From the NCBI RefSeq assembly GCF_964001545.1, contig NZ_CAXFDV010000667.1, forward strand, positions 1 to 44,278: a stretch of DNA of 44,278 nucleotides, given 5' to 3'. The notes beneath the pieces were generated by a model. The model had not been told where the DNA came from. It did no database searches and worked only from the letters and a program-made list of their open reading frames with translations. Of the stretch, positions 9,799-18,764 are shown in pieces; position 1 is the stretch's first letter; each line of letters begins with the position of its first letter. The position numbers and the translations under genes are program-made. The DNA comes from an uncultured Aquincola sp. (GTDB lineage Bacteria; Pseudomonadota; Gammaproteobacteria; Burkholderiales; Burkholderiaceae_C).

Positions 9799-9936
9799 CT
9801 AATCGCAGATCAGGTGGCCGGCGACCCAGTAACAGCCGTCGTCGCCGCCGCCGCCGGCCTGCGTGGCCAGGGGCAGGCACACCAACAATGCGAAGGCCAG
9901 CTTCCCGCACATGGCCGATAAGCGAAGCAGTTTCAT
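9799..9936 (-). CDS. Putative secreted 45-aa microprotein (signal peptide plus 18-aa Cys-hairpin peptide)
   Basis: Hand translation: MKLLRLSAMCGKLAFALLVCLPLATQA-GGGGDDGCYWVAGHLICD*. AGGAG lies 7 nt upstream of the ATG (CTCCT at + 9944-9948). It fills the gap between two genes and is below the ORF-track size cutoff. Confidence 0.7.
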   Translation of the reverse strand: MKLLRLSAMCGKLAFALLVCLPLATQAGGGGDDGCYWVAGHLICD

Positions 9937-9993
9937 CGAGACACTCCTGAGGGGTGGCTCAATGTAACCAGATGCAGCAGGTGCGGCCGCTCC

Positions 9994-12900
9994 CTAGAAC
10001 ACCGTCTGCACCGCCAGCACCACGCTGCGGGCCGGCAGGTAACGCGCCAGCCGAACGTCGCCCGAGCGGAACGAATCGTCCTGGAACCGGAAGCGCTGGC
10101 CGAACAGGTTCTTGACCGTGAGCGTCACCGTGGTGGGCGAAGCGCCGGCATGGCGGCCCAGAACCAGGTCGACCAGGCGGAAGCGGTCGAAGCCCTCGGG
10201 CATGTTCATGCCGGCCGGCGTGCGCACACGCTGCGCCACGGTCGTCCAGGCGGCCTCACCGAACCAGCCGTCGTTCAGGAAGTAGCGAACCGCCAGCGGC
10301 ACCGACGCGGTCCGCAGGTTCAGCAGCATGGGTATCTGGTAGAGGGGGTGGCGCCAGAAGCGGTCGAGCACCAGGCCGCCGCGCACCGCGATGCGCGGGT
10401 GCGGCGTCCAGAACAGTTCGGTGCGCGTCTGCTGCTCGTTCCAGCGCTCGTCGACCGTGCCCTGGCCGCTGGTGGTCACCGGGCCTGGCACGCTCACGCG
10501 GCGTGCCGTCCAGGCGGCGGAGAGCTTCAGGCCCGGCGACAGGGCGACGTCCGCGCCCAGTGCATGAACCACGCTGGCCACGCTGTTGCCATCGTCATAG
10601 ATCTGGTTGAAACCCACCACCGACGTCGGCTCGATCGACTGATCGAACTCGGCCGCGCGCCGCAAGGTGCGGAAGGCAGCCGCGCGGACGGTGGCCTCCG
10701 GCGTCGGCCGCCACAGCAAGCCCAGCTTGGGCAGCCACAGATGGCGCAGGCCGGTCGGCTCATCGGCGACCAGGCGGGCCAGGCCCAGCGTGCCCTGGAG
10801 CGTGTCGCCCAGCGGCTGCTGCCAGTACGCATAGGCCTGGTCCTGGTTCAACGCTTGCCGGTCGTCGGTCAGGCAGGGCGCCTCCGTCCTGCAGGGGCCG
10901 GACGGCACGGGCAGGGCAGGGTCGTACCGCCGCAGCCGCAGCTGCGATGTCGAGCGGGTCCGGGCGACGCCCAGCAGCCAGTGGCCGCCAGCCACCGCGC
11001 GCTGGTACTGCGCTTCCAGCACATGCCCCGGGCTGTCAGCGTCGATGGCCAGCACGCGCGTGCGGCCCGGCAGCAGCACGGACTCTTCCTCATGCTGCCG
11101 CACATAAGACACCAGCACCACTTCCTGGCCGCTGGGTCGCCAGGCCAGGCCCAAGCGGGCGCTGCGATCCTCGATGCTGTTGTGCTCACCCGGCGCCGTG
11201 GACTCCACGCCGAAGGCGGAGCGCACATCGCCATACTGCGAGCGACGCGAGCGCAGCTGGCCCTGCAGCTGCAAGCCAGGCGTCAGCTGCCATTGCAGCA
11301 GCACGTCGTCCACCTGGTGGCTGATGGGCGAGTTCGGGCGGAAGCCCTCGGTGTGGTAGCGGAAGCTGCCGGCGTCCAGCGCCAGGCGATAGCCGGCATA
11401 GGCGCCGCTGGCTTCGGCCGACCAGAGCCCGCGGCTGCCAGCGGCCAGGCCCAGCCGGCCGCTGGCGCCCTGGCGCCCTGGCGCTCGAAGTAGCGTGACT
11501 CGTCGGCCGGCATGCCCAGCGCCGATTCGTCCACCAGACCCATGACGCCGGTGGAACTGCGGTGTGGCAACAGGTGCGCAGGACGCACCGGCTGCAGCAG
11601 CAGCGCCTGCAGGTTTTCGCTGCTCACGGCCGCCTCGTGCCGGTCCAGGCCGGAGTAGGCGTCGGCCAGGAACCGGTGCGCCGCCGCCGTGCCGGGATCG
11701 ATGGCCAGCGCCTCGGCGGCCTGCGCGATGCCCAGCCGGCCAAAGCCCAGCTCGTCCTGGATGCGCGCCAGCGCCACGCTGCGTTCGGCGCGGTCGTCGT
11801 CCAGCAGCAGGCGCGAACGAACCACCGCCCGGTTGTCGTTGAGCGCGATCGAGCGCGCCATGTCGTCCAGCGCCTCCACCGGCCGGTTGTTCACCAGCTT
11901 GTACAGCGCTTCGTAGAACCAGGGCGTGGGGTCGAGCGGGTCGCGCTCGCGGGCCAGGCGGAACTGCGTTTCGGCCGCAGGGCCGCGGCGTTCCTGTGCA
12001 TACACGCGGCCCAGGTAGCTGCGCAGCAAGGCGTTGTCGGGGTCCAGGCTCACCGCGATGTCGATCTGCTCGCGGCCTTCGGTGCGCCGACCCTCGCGCA
12101 GCTGCACCAGGCCCAGGCCCATGCGCGGCAGCGGGTCGGCCTGGTCCAGCTGCACCGCCTGTTCAAAGGCCTGGCGGGCGCCGCCGTTGTCGCCATGGGC
12201 CAGCAGGGTGAAGCCGTGCACCAGCTGGGCACGCGACAAGGCCGGGCCCTGCGCCACGGCCTGCCCGGCCGCCGCGGTGGCTTCCACCAGCCGGCCGGCG
12301 TGCAGGTGCAGCTCGGCCAGCCGTGCCCAGGCCAGCGCGTTGTCGGGCTCCAGCCGGGCGGCCGCCGCGGCCTGGGTGGTGGCCTGGTCCAGCTCGAAGC
12401 GCGACTGGTGCACGTAGGAAGCCGCCAGCAGCGCCGCGGTGGACCGGGCATCGGCGGCCACCGCCTGCTGCGACAGGGCCAGCGCGCCCTCGGGCTGGTT
12501 GTGCACCAGCGCCACCATGGCCTGCAGGGCCAGCGATTCGGCATGCGCCGGGTCGCCAGCCTCGATGGCCTGCAGCTCGGGCAGGGCCTGGTCGGCGCGG
12601 CCGACGTCCAGCAGCAGCGCCGCGCGCTGCAGCCGCAAGCCGCCGGCGCGCTGCGCCACCGGCTGCGCATCCAGCCCGGCCAGCGCTTCGGTCATGCGGC
12701 CGCGGGCGGCCAGGGCCGCGGCGGCACGCACCGCAGGCAGGTCGGCGCCCACGCGCGGCCGCACGGTGGGGTAGTGCACGGCCCACTGCACCGCATTGCG
12801 CGGGCGCAGCACCAGCGTCTTGCGCGGCAGGGTGACGGCATCGCCGCTGGCCTGTTCGCCGGCCCGCAGCGTCACCCGCCCGGCCTCGTTGCTGGCCACC

Positions 12901-13412
12901 ACCCGGCCTTCGACCACCAGCACGCTGGAGGCCGATTCGCCCACCTGCACCAGGAATTCGGTGCCCTCGACGTTGGCGTTGACGAAGGGCGTGCTCAGCC
13001 GGAAGGGCTGGGGCGTGCGGGTGATGACGTTGACGATGCCGCGCAGCTGTTCGATGACGGTGCCGCGCGGCGCATCGGGCGCGCGCAGCGTGAGGTGGGA
13101 GTGCTGGTCCAGCCGCAGTGTGGTCTGGTTGTTCATCAGCAGCGCGGCCCGGCTGCGCTCGCCCACCCGCACCGCGTCGCCGGCGCACAAGGCCTGTTCC
13201 AGCCGCGCCGCCTGCCACGCTTGCTCGGCATGCCGTACTTCCACCGTGCCCTGGACCGAGGCCACGCGGGCCATCGGGCTCGCACAGACATCGCTGGCGC
13301 GGGCGGGTGCACACAGGAGAGGCAGGCTGGCCAGCGCGGCGAAACAGATGCGGAGCTTGGCGAACCTGACTGCGTGGGAGTGGGGGGCGGTGCCACCCAG
13401 GCGGCTGTTCAT
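9994..13412 (-). pseudogene. Frameshifted FecR-domain / TPR / TonB-dependent-like beta-barrel outer-membrane receptor (NsrA-like)
   Basis: ORF 11283..13454 gives a signal peptide, a FecR domain (GDAVRVG...TTLRLD...ANVEGTEF) and many TPR-like helices. ORF 9994..11313 gives amphipathic beta-strands ending in F. Removing one 8-bp unit at 11462-11484 joins them into one 1136-aa frame (FERQGASGRLGL...FRYHTEGFRPN...VDDVLLQW). Confidence 0.85.
11462..11484. repeat. 8-bp tandem repeat (CTGGCGCC) x2.9 at the frameshift
   Basis: + strand reads CTGGCGCC CTGGCGCC CTGGCGC. Confidence 0.95.
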
Positions 13413-13521
13413 GGCAGTGCGTTCGCTGTCAAGGTCGGTGGCACCACTTCCCACGGTGCAACCAGACGTAAATATTCAACAGTGAAGATTAACGTATTTG
13501 TTCACTGCTTTGCAGCCCGCA

Positions 13522-15726
13522 TCACTTTGATTGCACCTGAATCGGTAACGGAGCGCCCCGGCGCACAGGCTGCGTGAGCGCAGCGCGGCAATGCAGGAGG
13601 TAATAAGCCGTCGGCCCGTCGGTGGGGTGCGATTGATGCAAATTGGCAAAAGCGGCAATGGCTGCGTGCAATTCACCGGCACGGTAAAGCGCCAGGGCCT
13701 GCGCAAAGTCCAGCAGCAGCGGCGGGGGCGGCTGCTGTGGCGCAGTGGGGCGCCCCACCACCTCCACCACTTCCACCGCCGCCTGCTTGCCCGCCAGCAT
13801 GAAGGCGCCCAGCGGCCGCAGCCACCAGTCGTGCAGGCCCTGCACCATCGGGGCGGAGGCCAGCACGCGGGTGCCCAGCGTCTTGTTCAGGCCCTCCAGC
13901 CGCGCCGCGGTGTTGACCGCATCGCCCACGGCGCGGAACTGGTACAGCGCGCTGGCGCCCACCACGCCCAGTCGCATCTCGCCCACATGCAGGCCGATGC
14001 GGGTGGGCCAGGCCGGCTGGCCGGCGTCGGCCGGCAGGGCCATGCGCTGCTGGATGGCCAGCGCCGCCTCCAGGGCCGCGTTGCGGCGCGCGGTGTCGTC
14101 GGGCTGCGTTTCCCAGATGGCCATCATCGCGTCGCCGACGATGTCGATCACCGCGCCGCCGGCCTGTGCAATGGGCTCGAACAGGCGCGCGTAATAGGCG
14201 TTGAGCTGCACGCCCAGCGCCTCGGCCGGCAGCCCCTCGGCCAGCGCGGTGTAGCGTTCCACGTCGGTGGCCATGCACACGCCCAGGCTCACCCGGTGGC
14301 TGTGCGTGAGGTCGCCCGACACCTGGGCCAGGTGATCGGCCATCTGGCTGGGCACGAAGCGCGAGAACGCCGCGCGCAGGCGGTGGTGGCGCTCATGCTG
14401 GTGACGGGCATGCAGCCACAGCGCCAGGGCCAGCGCCGCCGGCCATTGCAGCAGCAGCGGCACCACCCAGGGCAGCCACACATCCGCATGAAAGGCCCAG
14501 GCACTGGCAACGGCCACCGCCATCGCCGAGGCCAGCGCCAGCACCGCCTGCGCCCGTGGCCGCCGCAGGTGCGCCAGCAACGTCAACCAGGCGCCCCAGG
14601 CCACCAGCCAGGCCGCCCAGCCGACCGCCGGCAAGGGTTGCAGCCGATGGCCGTCGGACAGGTTGGCATAGGCGGTGGCGGCGATCTCCACGCCGCTCAT
14701 CTCCACGCCCGAGCCGTCGGAGAACACGGTGCGGTAGTCGTCGCGCAGCCGGTCCTGCGCACCCGAAGATTCGGCCGAAAAACCGACGAACACCATCGCA
14801 TCGCGGAACAACGCCGGCTCGGCGGCCAGCACCGCCGGCAGGTCGACGTACGACACGGTGCGGATGCTGCGCGCCGGCCCGTAGAAGTTGAGCGGCACGG
14901 CGTCGGGCCCGGCATGCAGCGCCCGCAAGGCCTCGATCTGCTCGCGTGGCACCGGCAGCTGCACGTCGGCCCATGCGTGCAGGCGCTCGGCCACGCGGCT
15001 GGCCAGGCTCGCATCGGCCATGAAGCGTTCGCGCAGCTGCCGCACCGTGCCGGAAGGGGGCTGCGGCGCAGCGCTGGCCACCTGGCAGGCCGTGGCGTCG
15101 GTCGTCACCTCGCAGGCCAGGTCGGCCAGCGCCTGCACCGCTTCCTGGTGCTGCAGATGAAAGGCCAGCACCGGCAGGCTGGGCTGGTGGCCCGCATCGC
15201 GGCGAAAGGCCCAGTACATGTCGATGCGCGCGTCCTTGGGCAGCACGAAGGGCGCATGGTCGAGCGCCGCCTCGTTGATCACCGGCACGGCGGGTTGCAT
15301 CTGCTCGACCACCAGTTCGCCCGGTGCCTGCCGCCAGGTGTCGCGCCGCAGCGAAGACGTGACCAGCACATTGCCGGCCTGCCGCAGGCTGCGGGCGAAC
15401 ACCGCGTCGTCGGGCCCGGGCGTTTCAAAGGTGAGGTCGAAGGCCACCAGACCCGCGCCCGCTGCCTGCAGGCGGTCCACCAGTTCGGCATGCAGGCGGC
15501 GCGGCCAGGCGCGGGGCCGCTCGGGCAGGCCCAGGCTGGCGGCCGACCGTTCGTCGATGGCCACCACCACCACGCCGGCCGGTGGCGGGCGCACGCCGCG
15601 CCACTGGAACAGCGCCTGCAAGCCGGGGCCGGATTCCACCGGCAGCACCGGCTCCATCACCCAGGCCAGCAGGCCCAGCGCGGGCAGCAGGCACAAGGCC
15701 AGCCAGCGGGCGCCGCGCGGCGCCAT
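13522..15726 (-). CDS. CHASE2-domain membrane class III nucleotidyl cyclase (CyaK-like) with C-terminal TPR-like helices
   Basis: CHASE2 motifs (VVVAIDE..WPRRLHA..FDLTF; MSGVEIAA), a 3-TM segment, and catalytic motifs TDVERYT, DIVGDA, IGLHVG and GDAVNTAARLE. ATG overlaps the crp-like stop (TGATG); 734 aa. Confidence 0.9.
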   Translation of the reverse strand: MAPRGARWLALCLLPALGLLAWVMEPVLPVESGPGLQALFQWRGVRPPPAGVVVVAIDERSAASLGLPERPRAWPRRLHAELVDRLQAAGAGLVAFDLTFETPGPDDAVFARSLRQAGNVLVTSSLRRDTWRQAPGELVVEQMQPAVPVINEAALDHAPFVLPKDARIDMYWAFRRDAGHQPSLPVLAFHLQHQEAVQALADLACEVTTDATACQVASAAPQPPSGTVRQLRERFMADASLASRVAERLHAWADVQLPVPREQIEALRALHAGPDAVPLNFYGPARSIRTVSYVDLPAVLAAEPALFRDAMVFVGFSAESSGAQDRLRDDYRTVFSDGSGVEMSGVEIAATAYANLSDGHRLQPLPAVGWAAWLVAWGAWLTLLAHLRRPRAQAVLALASAMAVAVASAWAFHADVWLPWVVPLLLQWPAALALALWLHARHQHERHHRLRAAFSRFVPSQMADHLAQVSGDLTHSHRVSLGVCMATDVERYTALAEGLPAEALGVQLNAYYARLFEPIAQAGGAVIDIVGDAMMAIWETQPDDTARRNAALEAALAIQQRMALPADAGQPAWPTRIGLHVGEMRLGVVGASALYQFRAVGDAVNTAARLEGLNKTLGTRVLASAPMVQGLHDWWLRPLGAFMLAGKQAAVEVVEVVGRPTAPQQPPPPLLLDFAQALALYRAGELHAAIAAFANLHQSHPTDGPTAYYLLHCRAALTQPVRRGAPLPIQVQSK

Positions 15727-16379
15727 CACCAGCGGCCGGGCAGGGGCTTGCAGATCACGAAGCGCTCGGCTTCCAGCCGCACGTAGCCGCCGGTCTCCAG
15801 GTCCTTCAGCAAGCGGCTGACCATCGCGCGCGAGCAGCCCAGGCGGCTGGACATTTCCTTGTGCGTCCACCGTTCATGGATCACGCGGGTGCCGTCGCTG
15901 CCAGGCTCTGCAATGGTGTTGACCATGTGCAGCAGCCGGCCATAGACATCGTTCAATGCCAGCTGGCGCGCATTGTTGGTGGCACTGCGCACACGCCGGA
16001 TGACCTTGGCAAGCAATTCGAATGCAAATTCAGGGTGTTGCGCAATGTGCTCCAGCACCGCCTGCCGATTGACCACCGCGCAAGTGCAATGCTCGATGGT
16101 GACGACGCTGGCCGAGCGGGCACCGCCATCCAGGCTCAACTCCCCCATGTACTCGCCGGGGCCGTAGACGCCGTAGGTGATCTCCTGGCCTTTGTCGCCC
16201 ACGGAATAGGCGCGCACCCGGCCCGAAAGCAGGATGTAGATGGCATCATCGCGTTCGCCTTCCTGGATGAGCAAAGTACCCGTGCGGTAATGACAGACTT
16301 GACCGCGTTGTGCCAGGCGTTGCAACAAGGGACTCAGGAAATTGGCGGACGTTTCTTCTTCGCGGTCGTGATTCAACAT
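15726..16379 (-). CDS. Crp/Fnr-family cNMP-binding transcriptional regulator
   Basis: cNMP cassette GELSLDGGARSASV and HTH WTHKEMSSRLGCSRAMVSRLLKDL; 217 aa from ATG 16379. Confidence 0.92.
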   Translation of the reverse strand: MLNHDREEETSANFLSPLLQRLAQRGQVCHYRTGTLLIQEGERDDAIYILLSGRVRAYSVGDKGQEITYGVYGPGEYMGELSLDGGARSASVVTIEHCTCAVVNRQAVLEHIAQHPEFAFELLAKVIRRVRSATNNARQLALNDVYGRLLHMVNTIAEPGSDGTRVIHERWTHKEMSSRLGCSRAMVSRLLKDLETGGYVRLEAERFVICKPLPGRW

Positions 16380-16491
16380 GCTGGGCACACGAGCTCTCTG
16401 CTCGTCGTTGCATGCTAGCGGCGCCAAGCGGCCAGCGGAAGCAAACCGTTACATATTGAATCCACAACGCTTCGGAATGCTGACGTGGGTC

Positions 16492-17151
16492 TTACGGCAA
16501 CACGCGCAGCGTGGTAGTCATCGGCGGCAACCGGGCCACCTGCTGCACCAGGTCGCGCAGCGTGGCGGCGCCGGTCTTGGCGCGGATGCTGCCGATCTGC
16601 GTGCGCACGGTGGACAGCTGAACACCCTGGGTCTGCGCCACCTCCGCCGGTCGCGCGCCGGCACACAAGGCCTTGAGCACCTGGGTTTCGGTGCCCGTCA
16701 GCCGGTGGCCGCGGGCAAAAGCCTCCACCGACAGCTCTTCGCACACCTGCCGCTTGTTGAACATCAGCAAGGTGGCGCCTTCGGGCACCTGCGCCGACTG
16801 CGGCAACGGCACCACCACCACGCTCACACGCGCGCGGGCCGGGCCCAGGTTCAGCATGCAGCGTCGGTGGCGGCCCGCCGCGGCGGCCAGTGCTTCACGC
16901 ACCGGCAGGTCGTCTTCCAGCAGGCGGGCGCGCAGCTGGCTGCCCACCACTTCCAGCGGATGGTCGCCCGCCAGCGTCTGGCGCGCGGCATGGTTCATGT
17001 GGATGACGCGGCCCAGGTGGCTGACCACCACCACGCCGTAGTCGATCTCGTCCATGACGGCACGCAGCGTTTGCGCCGCGACATCGCCCCGGCGTTCCGG
17101 GCCGCTGTAGGCGTGGCTGCGCACGGACGGCAACGCAAATTCAAGCAACAT
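16492..17151 (-). CDS. LuxR-type HTH transcriptional regulator with PAS-like N-terminal region
   Basis: C-terminal LTGTETQVLKALCAG...AEVA...STVRTQIGSIRAKTG; N-terminal VVVVSHLGRVIHMNHAA is PAS-like. Confidence 0.85.
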   Translation of the reverse strand: MLLEFALPSVRSHAYSGPERRGDVAAQTLRAVMDEIDYGVVVVSHLGRVIHMNHAARQTLAGDHPLEVVGSQLRARLLEDDLPVREALAAAAGRHRRCMLNLGPARARVSVVVVPLPQSAQVPEGATLLMFNKRQVCEELSVEAFARGHRLTGTETQVLKALCAGARPAEVAQTQGVQLSTVRTQIGSIRAKTGAATLRDLVQQVARLPPMTTTLRVLP

Positions 17152-17281
17152 CGACTTCCTCGAAGGACAGGGCCGAACCGCAGCGCACCAGGGTAGCGCC
17201 GGCCTGTCGAGGTGGCCTCCTTCATTGCACGGGCAGCAACCGGTGAAAATTCACCATTCGGCCGCGCCCGGGCCGTGCAGG

Positions 17282-18067
17282 TCAGAGGCTGAAGTCGTAG
17301 TCGATCACCAGCGGCGCATGGTCGGAAAAGCGCTGCGCCAGGTAAATGTGCTCGCGTCGGGCGGCCGCAGCCACGCCGGGCGTGGCCAGGTGGTAGTCCA
17401 GCCGCCAGCCCACGTTCTTGGCCCAGGCCTGGCCGCGGTTGCTCCACCAGGTGTATTGCTCGGCCTGGGTGTTGAGCGTGCGAAACACGTCCACCAGGCC
17501 GGCCTCGTCGAGCAGCCGGGTCATCCAGGCGCGCTCCTCGGGCAAGAAGCCGCTGTTCTTCTGGTTGCTGCGCCAGTTCTTGAGGTCGATTTCCTTGTGG
17601 GCGATGTTGATGTCGCCCATCAGGATGAATTCGCGCTCTGACTTCAGCCGCACCAGATGCAGGTACATCTTGGCCAGGAAGCGGAACTTGGCGGCCTGCC
17701 GTTCCTCGCCGCTGCTGCCGCTGGGAAAGTAGCAGCTGATCAGGCTGAGCTTGCGGCCGCCCACGTCGTAGCGCGCCTCCACGTAGCGGCCCTCGGCGTC
17801 GAATTCGTCGGGGTCGAAACCCAGGATCACGTCGGTGGGCGGCTTGCGCGAGTACAGGCCCACGCCCGAGTAACCCTTCTTCTCGGCATAGTGGAAATGG
17901 CCGGCCATGCCGTCCAGGGTGTCGAAGCGTCCGCCCACGGTGTCCGCCTGGGCCTTGACTTCCTGCACCCCCATACAATCTGCCGCCGTTTCTGCGGCCC
18001 ATGCCTCGAAACCCTTGGTCGCCGCCGACCGGATGCCGTTCAGATTGAGGGTGACGAGCCGAAACAT
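17282..18067 (-). CDS. xth: Exodeoxyribonuclease III / AP endonuclease (ExoIII/Crc family)
   Basis: Motifs NLNGIRS, QEVKA, GYSGV, EGRY, YFPSG, GDINIAH, GWRLDY and SDHAP; divergent from pyrE. Confidence 0.92.
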   Translation of the reverse strand: MFRLVTLNLNGIRSAATKGFEAWAAETAADCMGVQEVKAQADTVGGRFDTLDGMAGHFHYAEKKGYSGVGLYSRKPPTDVILGFDPDEFDAEGRYVEARYDVGGRKLSLISCYFPSGSSGEERQAAKFRFLAKMYLHLVRLKSEREFILMGDINIAHKEIDLKNWRSNQKNSGFLPEERAWMTRLLDEAGLVDVFRTLNTQAEQYTWWSNRGQAWAKNVGWRLDYHLATPGVAAAARREHIYLAQRFSDHAPLVIDYDFSL

Positions 18068-18086
18068 ACCTTCAGGACCTTCCTTC

Positions 18087-18764
18087 ATGAGCACCCACGA
18101 ACACACCGACCCGCTGGCCCAAGAGTTCGTCGAGTTCTCGGTGAAGGCCGGTGTGCTTCGCTTTGGCGAGTTCAAGACCAAAGCGGGGCGGCTGTCGCCC
18201 TATTTCTTCAACGCCGGCTTGTTCGATGACGGCGCCAAGCTGGGCCGCCTGGCGGAATTCTATGCACGCCGGCTGCTGGCCTCGGGTCTGCAGTTCGACA
18301 TGCTGTTCGGCCCCGCCTACAAGGGCATCACGCTGGCCGCCGCGGTGAGCGTGGAGCTGGCACGCCTGGGCCACAACAAGCCCTTTGCCTACAACCGGAA
18401 AGAAGCCAAAGACCATGGCGAAGGCGGCACGCTGGTCGGCGCGCCGGTGCGTGGCCGCGTTCTCATCATCGACGACGTCATTTCCGCAGGCACCTCGGTG
18501 CGCGAGTCCATCACCATGATCGAAGCCGCCGGCGGCCAGCCGGTGGGCGTGGCGCTGGCACTGGACCGCCAGGAAAAGGCCACCGAAAACGGCGCCGACG
18601 TGCCGTGGTCGGCGGTACAGGACGTCACCAGGCGTTTCAACTTGAGCGTGGTGTCAATTGCGACACTGCATGATCTGCTGGACTATCTGGCGACGACCAG
18701 CGACGCCGCCCTGGCGGCACACGGAGACAGCGTGGCCGGCTACCGGGCGCGTTACGGGATTTGA
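18087..18764 (+). CDS. pyrE: Orotate phosphoribosyltransferase
   Basis: Motifs [37 protein letters not shown] and the PRPP loop [11 protein letters not shown]. Confidence 0.97.
   Translation: MSTHEHTDPLAQEFVEFSVKAGVLRFGEFKTKAGRLSPYFFNAGLFDDGAKLGRLAEFYARRLLASGLQFDMLFGPAYKGITLAAAVSVELARLGHNKPFAYNRKEAKDHGEGGTLVGAPVRGRVLIIDDVISAGTSVRESITMIEAAGGQPVGVALALDRQEKATENGADVPWSAVQDVTRRFNLSVVSIATLHDLLDYLATTSDAALAAHGDSVAGYRARYGI

Noticed and set aside
8862-9936. M48 peptidase as the processing enzyme of the micropeptide
   Set aside because: The genes are convergent and the peptidase appears to belong with ampG; adjacency alone is not support.
9994-11313. Independent 439-aa TonB-dependent receptor gene
   Set aside because: It has no signal peptide, and the frame continues upstream to the 8-bp repeat; it is the C-terminal part of the frameshifted gene.
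13522-16379. Pycsar/CBASS-type anti-phage system
   Set aside because: The cyclase has a CHASE2 sensor and TM helices, and the cNMP-binding partner is an HTH transcription factor rather than a TIR or TM effector; signalling is more parsimonious.
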